A stretch of DNA of 61,400 bases, counting the filler, from Sphacelaria rigidula (taxonomy: Eukaryota): assembly GCA_964200075.2 (NCBI GenBank). It is 11 parts of 11 records of this genome, joined end to end, with 100 filler letters (N's around TTAATTAATTAA, not from the genome) between each part and the next. Parts side by side here need not be neighbours in the genome. Positions count along the whole stretch, not along the records: positions 1 to 5,492 come from CAXNAA020026889.1; positions 5,593 to 11,083 come from CAXNAA020026890.1; positions 11,184 to 16,674 come from CAXNAA020026891.1; 8 more parts are not named here. The stretch is one strand, 5' to 3'. Each line of letters opens with the position of its first letter. Position 1 is the stretch's first letter. Under the pieces are notes generated by a model. That model worked only from the letters and a program-made list of their open reading frames with translations. It did not search any database and had not been told where the DNA came from. The translations under genes and the position numbers were made by a program. This document shows, in pieces, positions 1 to 12,630 of this stretch.

Positions 1-111
1 CTTAACCCTTGGACCGCGGTGTTGGTAGTCGATGTGGACCACGTGTACTTTTTCCAAGTGAATATTGATGTCGATTCAGCAGGTGACCTACTCTCGCGGT
101 CGGACGATTAA
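1..111. mobile_element. Short piggyBac-like MITE (TTAA-CCCT...AGGG-TTAA type), right end degenerate
   Basis: Starts ttaacccttggaccgcg and ends cgcggtcggacgattaa. A homologous copy at 35271-35380 ends cgcggtcaaagggttaa, and a partial copy lies at ~57895-57955. Confidence 0.55.
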
Positions 112-1411
112 GCCCTCCTGCGGGGTTTGGGGGGGGAAGATACTTTCGCTCTGTGTTACTCTTTCGTATCTTCCCTGCAATAGAGAAATGGTAGTTCAAC
201 CTCATTTTTTGTTTCAGCCCCGAAAATTAGGATCGGCAGTTAACTTCAATTTTTGATACATAAGAAGTAGCCTGAGGGTGAGAACCCGGAGGATTGAGAT
301 CTTCGTATGAACACCAAACCTTCTACATATAGTTCCCTTACTTCACCTACTGGTAGCTATTGACAACTGATACACGTCCCCTACAAAGTGGAATCTCGAT
401 AACCGAAATGTTGGAGCCCAGATGAAGGAACAATGTTGGGGAATTTTGGGGATCCGATCGTCGCCGAAATTCCCCAAAACTTGTTTTCCCCCTAGAATCA
501 CAACGTTTCAGTTATCGGAATTCAAAATCGCATGGCGTGCAGTACTTGTCAATATCTCATGTAATTTTGAGTAGTACCCTCCGAGAAGGGAGCCACACTA
601 CACCCCTGTCCTGTTAGTTCTCACGAACAGACGCTCAAGCCGTGTGTGCACCGATCGCAGGCAAAGCCGTGTACTAACGGGCCACCGTTGCTGTCGGGCA
701 AGTCAACCAAGGCGTCTACATAAACGAAAAATCTACTTGAATCATACAATGCGAACCGGAAGCCGATAGTCCCCACAGCTCAGGCTTACCAGTAAGAACT
801 CACTTGGAACTAAGAGCAACGGTGGTCTAAGCGGGTTGTGTCCGGGTGTCCAGAGACAGTGATCACGGAAGGCGTTGGAGGCACTCAGCACAAACTACCC
901 TACGCCTATAATCATATTCATACCTAGTCATGGTACGAGAACGACAAGCCAACGGCGGTGAAACCGAGACGTTGTTGGCACATACATCCAACAACTCGTC
1001 CGTCACAGTAAATACCTCGTTTATTTTATTGTCAAATCCTGAATCCAAGGAACATTCCAGCAATATTGCCCGTTGTGCACATGCACATACAGTGGCGACA
1101 GGAGAATTCAACCATGCAACATGTTCCGAGGCCAGGAGGGGTCTGGGTGTATTCAGTATGAATACGAGGTTTGTGTTGGCGGATGACGAATCATAAGGGA
1201 TGTACTCTGATGTATGCTGAAGTTGAAACAAGATATAAGGGATCGCGTGTCCAAGGCGCAAACGCCACAGAGTTGGTTCACGCGAGCGAGACTGGTCGGG
1301 TCCAAGAGCACCAAAAAAGCAGACAGTAGAACTCGAGACCAGTTGACCAGACAGCGACATGTCAGCAGTCTCAGTAGTACAGTAGTCCCTGGCACTTGAT
1401 CGATTTTTACA

Positions 1412-3395
1412 ATGGACGGCACATCAGCATCGGGAGCAGCAGCAGCAGCAGCAGGAGCAGCTTCGCAAAGCCAAGGCCAACACCGGCACAGCACATCTGG
1501 AGCTCGAGCAACGGCAGGAGCAACAGAGGGAAGGGCCGCAGGACGGGAACCAGGCCGAGTTCCGGCACCACAAGCCAGAGGCACGCACAGCAACCCAATC
1601 TCCGTCAATCAGCATGCCCGTCCGCAGGGTAGTGCAGGCCAGTTGAACACTGACGCACCTGCACCCCCCCCCCCACCACTTGGACCCCCACCTGGCCCAA
1701 GTCAGCATCATACATTCTAGCTCAAATCCTGAAGGCATAGGTGAAAACGAATATCAACATGGAACAGCAACACCAGAAAAACCTTCACAGACAGCAGTAG
1801 CAAAGCCAAGCAATCTCGACCCTTCAACAGCAGGTACATCTTCTCCAGCACGGACAACCACAACCGCAAGGCGGGGCCGGCCGGCAGCCGGCGAGCGCCG
1901 CACAGCACCAGCACATGGCAGGGGGAAGAGTAAACGCCCCCCCCCCCTGCTTGCACCCAACGTCCCACTGCCGCCACCCATCGGAGGGCCACTACCGCAT
2001 CACCAACACCAACAACAGTCGCAGCCACATCATCAACCGCAACAGCAGCAGCCACATCATCAACCTCAGCAGCACGAGCAGCACCAACAACCGCAGCACC
2101 AACACCAACAGCCGCAGTCGCAGTAGCCGCAGCAACCGCAGCAGCACCGTCAGCAACCGCAGCCGGACCAGCACCACGTGCAACAACTCCATCAACATCA
2201 ACCACAGCAATACTACCAAGCACAGCCGCAATCCCCGGTCCACCAACTCATGCATGCAATGGGAGTGGCCAACACCTTCCCCGCCAGTACAAAGAAGGCC
2301 GAAGAAATGCAGGAAAAGCGCGAGATCAACAGCTGGCTCTCGGACGAAAACAAGGCCCTCTTCCACATCCTCAGGGGCGGGGTCTCCATTTCCATTCCCA
2401 TGTCTGATAAAAACTTGAAACTCAAACTCCGCGACGTGGCCGACACCTACCGGGGCATGCTGAGCAACCTCCAGACGTTGACCGACGTAGACGTCACCAA
2501 CTTCCAGTCCCCGGTGCCGCCTGGCATTAAAAAACCCTGCTTTCGCGCTGAGGTTCATGTCGCCACATTCACCAAGGCGCTGGCCATCATCAACAAGTTC
2601 GGCACCACCGACAACGACGGCGGGCGGGATAGGAGAGCTTTCATCACTGGAGAGCTGACGAGGATGGCGTCGGCACTGGACGCGTACACCGGGAAAAACT
2701 ACGCCGCCCTACACAGAGACGAGGCGGCCGTCAAAACCCGCATAATCACTGACTTTAACCACGACATCAACGGGTGGCTGACAGAATGCAGGGACGCTGG
2801 GCTGAATCTACGCATGGAGTCTCCCGCCGCCCCACCCGCTAACGGGCAGGGCCCCGCGGCGCCGGTACCAGCGTTCACCCGCGTGAAGACGCTCACCGCC
2901 GACGGCCACCCCAGCAGCCTCATTGGTCGACAAAACCCCGGGCTCTTGGTAGCAGGCTCACCCGCGCCGCCCGCTCCCAAGACAGCCGTCAAGCGGAAGG
3001 CGCTTCCCGACAGGGGTACGAGTAACGTGGTCAAAGCCGTCGCTTCCTACCCTCCGTCGTACCCGCCCAAGTGGCAACACCTCACGCCACCGAACACCGA
3101 TTTCAACACGGAACTGGCGTCATGGGCCCCGCCGGCGGGCGTCTGCTTACGAGCTTGGCAGGGCCTCACATGCCCACGGGGGCGCGGCTGCCGCCTACCG
3201 GACCACACCAGCAAGCATGAAGCCGTCGGAGCCCCCCCCTTCCAGCCGCCAGCGGCGTTCCGGATAACTCCAACACCCCCGACGGCGGCGACGGCAAAAT
3301 CACCAGCACCAGCGGCACCGGCGGCCGCAGCGAGTACAGTGGCGCGCTTTCCCCACAACTTCGGCGGAAATGACGGAGCAGGGTGGGGCATCTGA
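1412..3395 (+). pseudogene. Gag-like ORF1 of a DIRS/Ngaro-like retrotransposon (Pro/Gln-rich, C-terminal CCCH-type finger), disrupted
   Basis: ORFs 1412-1720, 1680-2126 and 2178-3395 join into one reading via a frameshift between 1664 and 1720 and a TAG inside a CAG-rich tract (2124-2126). It contains CLRAWQGLTCPRGRGCRLPDH (C-x8-C-x5-C-x4-H). No introns are apparent. Confidence 0.6.
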
Positions 3396-5190
3396 GGGTG
3401 CGGGCTCCGCCAGTCGGCGGGGCCTACCAGTCTGGGGGGAGGAGGAGCACCGGTCACGGACTCAGCGAGGTCGGTGGGTATCGCCCAGGCCCCCCAACCG
3501 GGGTCGGTGGCAGCAAGCTTCTTTCACGGTGAAAGCAGAAGTACCGACGCATGTAGCAATCCTATCGCACGCCACAGTGGTAGATCGCGTAGTCCCATCC
3601 CGCATTACCCCCGCCCGACAAACAAGTCGATGACCAACCCCACCAAGATGTACTGTAACAAGCAAATTTCGGCAGGTTACACTAGATTGGACGGTAGAGC
3701 TCACACGCATGAAATATTCGATGGCATCACCGCCCCGCGCAATGACACGATAAACAATAAACACGCAAACAATGACCCGCACGACTACAGTAACCGGTCG
3801 ACTCTGACGTACAACGGAACGCACGAACGTGCACAGGTAAGCCAGCAACAAGGTCAGGAAATCTGCCCGTCCATGGCTAACGAAAACCACAGTCGTACAT
3901 GCAGACACCACGCCAAAACCACTTCGCACATCCCCGCAGACAGGAGACGTGTAGAAGCAGATCCGGCGGTCGGCAGTTACGCACAGGTAACCCTGAACGT
4001 CGGTAGATCAGACAATAACAGAACTCATGTTCCCTGTGAAATTCGAATCACACCCAGTGCAGAAGAAGACCCGGCGTTCGGCAAATCCGAGGGAACCCTG
4101 AACAACGGCACGTGCATGTCGACGAGCGCAAAGCGTGCAAACTTAATAACCAGTGACTTAAGGGGAGAAAAAAATCATAGAAGTGAAGAAGAAGACACGT
4201 TGTGTGGCAATTCCGAGGGAACCCTGAACAACGGCACGTGCATGTCGACGAGCGCAAAGCATGTAAGGGTTCAAACCAACCATCATCGGTCACACGAAAA
4301 CCCGGCGATCGGCAGCTACACACAGGTAACCCTGAACGTCGGTAGATCAGACAATAACAGAACTCATGCTCCCTGTGAAATTCGAATCACAACCAGTGCA
4401 GAAGAAGACCCGGCGTTCGGCAGTTCCGAAGGAACCCTGAACAACGGCACGTGCATGTCGACGAGCGCAAAGCGTGCAAACTCAAACCAGTGACTTAAGG
4501 GAAGCAAAAGATCATAGAGGTGCAGAGGAAGAACCGTTATCTGGCAATTCCGAGGGAACCCTGGATAACGGCACGTGCATGTCGACGAGCGGAAAGCGTG
4601 CACGAGTTCAAAACAGCACCTGGTACACTAAAGCAAAACCGTTGACCAATAGTTACACACAGGTAGCCTCAGACAACGGCTCGCACACGTTGACGTGTGA
4701 GAAGCCCGTAGAGAAAAATAGCAACACCGATAGCAAGGGGATCATCAGTAGGCGAAATTTCGGGTCGGTGAGAAACTCACCCTCAGTTGGGACCACACGC
4801 CACCGAAGCCCAACCGGACACACAGACCACCCAAGCAAAAACTTCCATACCCGGTGGAAACAGCAACAGCAAGAACGATCGAATACACACATAGACCTAA
4901 CAGAAATGAAACGCATCATCACAGACCTAGCCGCCACCTACACGAGTCTCGTCCGACTCAACCACGGAAGAATCGGGGATGTAGCAAAGGGGCTCGGCGG
5001 CACTTTGGTGTCACCGCCGATGAACCTGAGAGACGTCCACGAGTACTTCGGAAACCAAAAACACTTCCCGCGGATACGAGAACTCCTGCACATGATTGAG
5101 TACGGAGTCCCAATGAACACATCGTCTCGCCATCCCGATCTTCGAGGAGCACTGAAAAACGGTAATCACCGCAGTATTGAAAAACGGTAA
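3396..5190 (+). pseudogene. ORF2 (pol N-terminus) of the DIRS/Ngaro-like element, truncated just before the RT core
   Basis: Open from 3396 in the ORF1 frame. A 2-nt deletion near 4482, visible by comparing internal repeat copies, shifts the frame. It ends in IEYGVPM...ALKNGNHRS, resembling the G...NHxS motif preceding RT in DIRS/Ngaro elements. No YxDD is seen because the element is interrupted at ~5228. Confidence 0.5.
3960..4640 (+). repeat. Higher-order coding tandem repeat (~339-bp unit x2, each with two SEGTL(N/D)NGTCMSTS subunits)
   Basis: ggaaccctgaacaacggcacgtgcatgtcgacgagcg-like core near 4090, 4216, 4429 and 4553. caggtaaccctgaacgtcggtagatcagacaataacagaactcatg occurs at ~3984 and ~4323. 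Confidence 0.9.
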
Positions 5191-5227
5191 TCACCGCAGT
5201 ATTGAAAAACGGTAATCACCGCAGTAT
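5153..5227 (+). repeat. 25-bp tandem triplication at the retroelement breakpoint
   Basis: tgaaaaacggtaatcaccgcagtat x3, followed by unrelated sequence starting tatataccgtg. Confidence 0.9.
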
Positions 5228-5492
5228 TATATACCGTGTCAAAATTTCATGGAAAATAACTTCAAATTGAGCTCTGAAATCGCATTTTTGCTGTCGAAAA
5301 CCGGTTCAATTGCTTTTAGAGTACAATAACCTCAGCCGGAACTTTGACGTTTTCGACAAGCGCGGCGCCTTGCCGCGCTGGAGGTCTGGTCTGCGTGCCA
5401 TCTCAGACACTGCGCACCTACAGTACGACATGTCTTGTAGTACGACCACAATTAGTGCAGCGCCATCACTTCGCGGCCGCGGCACAACTGAC

Positions 5493-5592
5493 NNNNNNNN
5501 NNNNNNNNNNNNNNNNNNNNNNNNNNNNNNNNNNNNTTAATTAATTAANNNNNNNNNNNNNNNNNNNNNNNNNNNNNNNNNNNNNNNNNNNN
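5493..5592. other. Artificial contig linker (N44-TTAATTAATTAA-N44); recurs at 11084, 16675, 22266, 27857, 33448, 39039, 44630, 50221 and 55811
   Basis: An identical 100-bp spacer with stops in all six frames recurs every 5590-5591 bp. Contig lengths descend from 5492 to 5490. Confidence 0.98.
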
Positions 5593-6197
5593 GCCACGAG
5601 CGCAGAGGGGGGGGCGGTGCTGCTCAGGTGCAAAAGGCACCATCCCTATTTACGAGGTTTTTCTCGCGTTTTTTTTTTTTTGCTGTGAGCTTCGTATACT
5701 GGCAACGGCAAATCTAGGGCATCTACGAGTACAGGGATGACATATTTTACTGCTCACGAGTTTGCGAAAGCTACGCCTTTAGTTTGCTGTGCACGCCCAC
5801 ACGCTTCCGCGAGCTTGAACTCGAGAAAATTACCTTCATGCGAAGCTTGTGGAATTTTGCTGTAGGAGCATTCTTGTATTCAGTCTTGGTCATGTAATGT
5901 ATTGACCTGCATGAACTCAAAATATGGAGCGTAGCTTGCCGTCAAATAGACAAAGTCTGCTCTTTCGGCGTAATTGCCATCGGAAGCGCTTGAGATCCGT
6001 CTCAGTGGATTGGGATTTTTTTTTCGTTCGCTTGCCCCTACCGCGCCTACTTTCCAAGCGGATGGCTCGTTTTTACTAACTACCCGCAAGTCGGAAATTT
6101 GTCACTTCTGGGTACATCATATTTCCGCCCTCCCCTTCCCCTCCTCCCTTCTCTGGTATACCGATCGCTTCCTTCCCCGCAAAATGTTTTTTCTAAG

Positions 6198-6353
6198 ACG
6201 GAAATTGATCAGGCCAAGGATCGAGAAGAGGCCTTGGCGTTTCATCGAACCAACCCTCAGTTTAGCGAGTTCATGGACAAGCTTCTGCTCGAGATTGAAG
6301 AGTATCGAAGGGGGGGACCAGACGAGCCTGAAGTCGTCGCTGCTGAGTCGTGA
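6198..6353 (+). CDS. Probable terminal coding exon of an unidentified gene (TEIDQAKDREEALAFHRTNPQFSEFMDKLLLEIEEYRR...AAES*)
   Basis: Pyrimidine-rich tract and AG acceptor (ttttttctaag) at 6197, helical protein-like composition, TGA at 6351-6353. Confidence 0.5.
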   Translation, partial: TEIDQAKDREEALAFHRTNPQFSEFMDKLLLEIEEYRRGGPDEPEVVAAES

Positions 6354-6573
6354 TTGACACATGCAATATTCGCCTGATCCGGATTTCTCATCGGTGGATT
6401 GCCGTTGCGTGGTTCGACCGAGCGCCGGCAGAGGGGGGGCGGGGGGGAGGCAATGCAGTGTACCGAACCACGAGGATTTCAAATGTCTGTTGGTTTTGAC
6501 GTACCAGGAAATGTGCCCGAAATAAAGGGTTTGGGACACACTCTTCGTATGCATCTTTTTTCGCAACAGTGTG

Positions 6574-6920
6574 AGCCGGTCGCCCCGGTAGCTCAGTTGG
6601 TAACCTCGACACCTTCTGACGGTTGGGTCGTGGGGTCAATTCTCGGAGCGATCTGGGGTTTTTTCGAACACCATGCCCAACAGTGGAGAGCGAATATGTC
6701 GTGGGTACACAAAATTCGACGTAACGGTCGACGAGGGGAAGGGACTGTTAAACCCCTCTCGCGATAAAACTGAAGGGAAGCACCGCAGAAGGAAGGTGGG
6801 TTGCAAAAAAAAAAGGCTTCTCTGTTGATCTTTCTCGTGTGACCCGGGCTGGTGCACCCACATATACCGAAAGGCGTAGACCGGCTTCCAGAACGGACGG
6901 GACGACAACACACACACACG
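6574..6920 (+). mobile_element. tRNA-derived SINE, full-length-like copy
   Basis: Head gccccggtagctcagttggtaa (Pol III A box) with a degenerate B box (gggtcaattc; ggttcgaacc in the 43026 copy), conserved body (gtcgacgaggg.aagggact...gaccc(c)ggctg.tgc.cccacatataccgaaagg) and (AC)n tail. Several copies occur on other contigs. Confidence 0.75.
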
Positions 6921-7384
6921 TGTGGGACCAGTTTTTGGTCCAACACAGTAATGACCTCGATATCTTTATCTAGCCATCTTCGTGAGAGGCTGTTCGGGCC
7001 CCGATTCGCCTGATGACTCACACTAGATGCAAAGAGGAGTTGCATACACGCTTCACTTTGGACCCAGAGTCGAGTGTCACCCACCTCAACTCATGTCATC
7101 AGAGAGGGAGATTGAACCGGAAATTGCCCATGCCTCTCATGTACACGGTCCACCTAGGGCGTGCCTTGGAACGGTCGACAGTTTACCGTTCTCGCTGTGG
7201 CGCGTGGTATTTTGACAGATTGGGAAAAAAAAATTGCACTCATCGCAGAGAATCATCGAAGGCGCGCGTGGTAACAACAATGTGCAAAGATTGCTCTGGA
7301 TCCATGTATAGCTTACGGCATGCCCTACAGGCTAGTCCACACTTATTCAACTAAAAACACTCATTGGCAAAAACGCGCTTTTAG

Positions 7385-8000
7385 GGGTTGCACCCTGAAA
7401 TTCTGCACGAATGTGCTATGGGTCATTACGTAACGTTCGAAGGTTGATTTTTTTTTACTTCTTGACTTTTTCCACAGTTTTTCGGGGAAACTCAGGGGGT
7501 GTCGGACCCCCGAAAAACGGGAAAATGAGAAATAGAATAACCTCGTGCGTTCAAAGTTGCTTAGTGACCCACAGCACATTAGTGCAAAATCTCAGGGTTT
7601 AACTCGGAAAAATGGCGTGAACTTTTGCGCGTTTGTGCGACGAACGTTTCCGTGCCACGGTGAAGCTGCAAACTATTTGATTTTGGTATGAAAATGGCGT
7701 TTTTTGTTTGTCCTCGACGTGAACATGAAAATTCAAGCATAAATTAATCGAATTTGGCCACGAAACTTTGTGGGGCCTTCCCCTGGGATATGCGGAGACA
7801 GCGCATTTGCGAAAAAAATGAAAAAATCGCAGAACCGGGTTTCCGGGGTATCAGAATCAAGACTAGCTCGAAAAATCGACTTGGATCTCGTCGGACCCCC
7901 GAAAAATGGGAAGACAGTCGAGAAGTAAAAAAAACTCGTCCATCGAAAGTTGCGCAACGACCCATAGCACATTAGTGCAAAATTCAAGGGTGTAACTTCG
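7385..8000. repeat. Cluster of inverted and direct ~55-bp repeats, probably transposon subterminal repeats
   Basis: ccctgaaattctgcacgaatgtgctatgggtc (~7392) is the reverse complement of gacccacagcacattagtgcaaaatctcaggg (~7566) and gacccatagcacattagtgcaaaattcaaggg (~7959). Confidence 0.6.
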
Positions 8001-11000
8001 ACTGACGACAAGTTTTAAAGATTTGTGCGAGGACCTGAGCTTGAAACGTGCAAACTCCAGACTGCTTGGTTTTAGTATGAAGATGTATTTTTTTGGTAAA
8101 GTTAATGTCAAGGCAAGACAAACTGTATGAGGTTTTCGAGTTTCCCGACCAAACTTCGCGCATATATTCCTTGTTGAAACAACACGGTTTCGGGAATATT
8201 TCGACCCCACAGTAACCGTTTTCAAATGTGTGTTTTCCGTCAGATTACCGAGCTGATGATATTTACTACGATTTGAAGCATGTGCATATTGGGTTGAATT
8301 TGAGGTTGGAATTAGTAATTTCGATTTCAGAGCAATTTGAAGAGCGCTGATTGGTCGAGGTACCTTTTCGCCCTTGGCGCTGCCGCTATGTCCTCAAACA
8401 CAAATCGGGCCATGTAGCGCTCTTCAGCTGTCCATGGCGGTCAGTATGATATTATGTAGGCGACTATTGGGTAAGTATTGCGAAAGGCATCTGCTGATGA
8501 CACCAGTTTGAGTGATGAGCGAGCTCTTCTTATTTTTTCTTTATTTCGGTAATGTGTCTGGTAAGGAATGGCAAGGACGGTATTGGAAAGGCGAGCCTAC
8601 GTCTGTGACCACGGGTTCGCGAGATCGGACTAATGCGCGGAAATAATAAATAATAAAACGCGTGAACCAGCGGTATCTCCCGAGATAGTGGTGAGCGGCT
8701 CGGACGCGTCGCGTCTGCCCTGATTCATGGTGCGAATATCATCTCTTCAATATGACTGGAACTTGAGCCAATATGGCTCATACCCTATTCCCATCTTGTG
8801 ACACGCGTGCCTACACTGCATAAACATGGGGCGACGCCAGAGCCGCAACAGTTAAACAGTTACACATTCAACGCGGGTTTCCCTTCTATACTTACACCAA
8901 CAGCGCGGAGAATCAGGTTACGTATGTACAGGTAAACCCGGGCTGGCCCTGACCAGCGGCCTTCTCAACAACTACCAAACACTCTTCCCCACTACGCACG
9001 ACATGCTATCCTACACTAGGATTCCAACTCAACGACCGGTAACATTTGGCATAACAGCGTGGCTTTTGTCTCATGGTGAGGCCAAGATAAAGCTGAGCGT
9101 CGTCATACATACCCAGAGCAACGATTCTAGCTGTATTTAAAAAACTTCTGACGAGTGTCCTTGGTCACTCTATTTCTAATAAAAGAAGAAAAATAAAAAC
9201 AAAAAAGGGTCAAACAACCTCTAGCACGCGCGCTACGGGAGGTCTCCCCAAAGGCGTGTTGCATACATGGAGCATGGCTGGACGATGTTTTATTTCCGTA
9301 TTTCACTCTAAGGATGCGCAACACGACGGGCCACTTGAAACTCAATGAAATGTTCTCTATCCACACGGCCAAGTTTGAACTCGAGAAAAGACTAGCAGCC
9401 ACACGAAAAAACAGTGCAGGCTGCGCGAGGAAGGCAAAAACTGAACATATACTTGTATTTACAGGCGATGGCTCCCCACACGCAGCTGTACAGCAACAGC
9501 CAGTCGTGACGCCAAGTGTGGCGTCTTTGCAAGGCAAGCGAACCCTCTCTCGTTCCTCCCCTATCGCCACACTCGTTCTTTAGATAATCCTGCCACCTTG
9601 ATCAAGAGGAAGGGGGACAGGATGTTGACGCTGCGTCCAACGAAGAGGCCGTATAGAGATATATCTTGGTTGCCTTGAATGTTTCCACTCGAACAGGCGC
9701 GAGATCTGGCACTGAAAAAACTGTTCCGGACGGACGGACGGATGGACGGACGGGGGGGCATGAGGCAATACGTCAGGTACAATAACTCACCAACGTGGCC
9801 CACTCAAGATGAAAGTACTAAAATATGCACAGGAGACGGATGATGCAGTCGTGTGGACGTGAAAGCACTTCGAGGTCCACCCAACTTGTCTTGCTAGTCA
9901 ATTTGAACGCACCAAAAAGATTGATAAAATCTCATGCGAGCGGGAAAAGCTGCGGTCACAGACAAGCTCGTTTTTCGCTCGTGTGGGGTCACCGCCAGGG
10001 GCAGTAGGATAAAATAAACACAGAGCATCGTGCTATTTGTCGCACATGCTGAACACACAAAACACACACACACGGGCGTGCGCGCGCGCGTGCGTGCGCG
10101 CATCATCTCTTACCGGTGAAAAGCGTGTGTGTGCGAGTATAGACAGACATTTCAAATGACCATGTGTGCGATAATTCTTGCCGATTTCAAAAGACTCAAC
10201 GATCATATACCAGCTCCTTGCAGGTTCTTGAGAAGCGCACCAGCGTACTAACTTCAGGTCAGACAGCTCCCCGGTGTTGGGGTTAGGGTCAAATTTAGAC
10301 TATTCCCTACAAAACGTCTCCAGAGAAATTTCGCTCGGCTGTGCGCGAGCTAGAGCACTATTTTCTCGGGAAAATCTCCCGGGCCCTTCGATCTTGCAAC
10401 GTCTTCTGCTACACTGAAACAAGCTCCAAGCGAAGATACTATGACTGATGCTTGGTGTTAGGTTTGTTCTTTGTTCTCCACAACCTTTTGAATTTGATCC
10501 GGTGCTGGGTTGTCTGTCGCATGGGCATTCCTTTCACCTGGAAAAAAGTATGGAGGTGCACTGCCTGCGAACCTGCCGTCCTGGCGAATGTAATAATCCT
10601 CACTTCTTTTTCTCCAACGTCTTCTCACTTTCAACTCGTGCCCGTCATCGGGACAAGTCCGTGTTCTCCAGGCACCAAGCCATCTCTCCCCCGGTACACT
10701 CCTTACATTTTTCCATCACCGCGGATTGAATCAGCATTACTCCAGCACCGCGTCGACTGTCGTTACACAAACTCAGCTGAACAGACGTTTTATTTCGCTT
10801 CTAACTCGCGTTTTTCCTGCCCTAATGGTATCAGCTGTACCATCATTAGGACCACCGGGGAGCGGCGGCTGTTGATGCTTGAGTGTAGCCCAACATGTTG
10901 CAAACGCTGGAAACAAACATGTGGCGAGACGGCGCATGATTCACAGGATCGCCGAGGTCTTCAAGACTATTAATCGTTGGGAAAATCGTATTGCGATCTG

Positions 11001-12329
11001 GCGGGGTTGGTAATTTTTGGGTTGACGCGATACTTCCTTTGTCTCATAAGTCTGTATCGTTATGTTTGTACGAGCCCTTAACANNNNNNNNNNNNNNNNN
11101 NNNNNNNNNNNNNNNNNNNNNNNNNNNTTAATTAATTAANNNNNNNNNNNNNNNNNNNNNNNNNNNNNNNNNNNNNNNNNNNNAGGAGGGGGGGGGGGGG
11201 GGGGGGACGTGCTCATTTGTTGCTTGCCCTAGTCGTTTGACCAATGACCACGCATCCCTTTCGAGACGAGGCGGGGTGGGGGGGGGCTCTGTGTCCGATT
11301 TTTTCTCTCGACACATCCTTGCAACACGTGATAATAAGCTCCAAACAAACGCACAAAGAAGTATTGCGAGTTTAGGGGGTGTCACACTGACAAGGAAAAA
11401 ACGCGTTTCCGAAACCCCACACTCGTGATAAAACTATGGGTTGTTAGACAACAAACAGTACTTACAGCTTATATCTACCAACTGCCACTCACTGTGGTTT
11501 CAGGTGGGGATGAATGAGTGGTACCACTTATCAATATGTCGTATAATAGATTATCAACGAGCTTTTCCCCCCGCTGTCGCGAACGGCGTTTATTGGTGCG
11601 CGTTTTGCTCAACGCGAGGCGAGCACGACGAAACCTGAACCCGCCTCGACGCCAAACTCATCGCCGTTTGGAGGTTTCCACTAGCACAAGCGGGGACGTG
11701 TCCACGAAGAACAACGCTATGCCAACGTATGAGAGTAGCAAGCCCACAGGACCCAGGTGCGAACGCCTGTATAATGTGTTTTTTAATATCATGTCAACAA
11801 ATAAATCCAATTTTGATGGAACATGGAGAAATTATGCCACAAGAAGTTTGTATTTTGCTCGTGCCTTTACTATTGTAGCCATTTAATTTCGGAAGTGATG
11901 TCGCGATAGCCCGCCCCCCCCCGCCCCCCCCCCCGTCCTCCTATCAGCCCGGTCCGGCGAGAACCCGGCGTGCTCCGTCCCGGCTTTTTAGGGGCGGACC
12001 CCCGATGGGGTTGGCATCAGTAGGCGATGACGCTGTAAAAACACGCCACCCACCGCGTACGCTAGGCAACCAGGTTACGGCTTTTTTTGCGCGCTTGCGT
12101 TTTTTTGCGGTAGGCATGATGGTAGTCGAGCTAGATCATGTTGTGCGGCGTGGGAGAACCTCCACTCCGGACGACGGGGATGGTCGTACTACGTAGTGTT
12201 CAAATGGTGAAACACCCATGATTTGATCGATTGATTGTCGCACTATAACTGACCCCCCAGGGGTCCAGCCGTGGTCTCATGATGGACGTACCCAACAAAA
12301 ACGAAAATGAAACACGCTCTGAGAAAATA

Positions 12330-12630
12330 ACATGAGGCAGTGTATAAGCCGTGGCTGTCTCTGGAAGTGGCGATACCAGAAAATAAAGCAACTCATTGGA
12401 GGCTGTCATTCAGATGCAAGATAATCAGTATGCTTCGGGCCGAACAATCTTAGCAGGATGCAGCTCACCCTTCATGCGACCCGCCGAATAAGTCACAACG
12501 CTTCGCTTGGTGATGATTGTGAGCCTGGTCCGGCGAGAACCCGGCGCTCTCCATCCCGGCGTTGTAGGGAAGCGAGGTCCATGAACTTATGGCTATGACA
12601 TGCGTGATCATGAGTAAGCCTCCCCCCCCA
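12330..12630 (+). mobile_element. Dispersed retroposon-like repeat ending ...gatcatgagta-(C)n
   Basis: Reverse-complement homolog at 33763-34065; fragments at ~11950, 22366-22400, 27957-28030, 51985-52040 and 60343-60397. Confidence 0.6.

Noticed and set aside
6580..6660. tRNA gene
   Set aside because: Has A/B boxes but I could not form a full cloverleaf, and it is attached to a repeated body; it is a SINE head.
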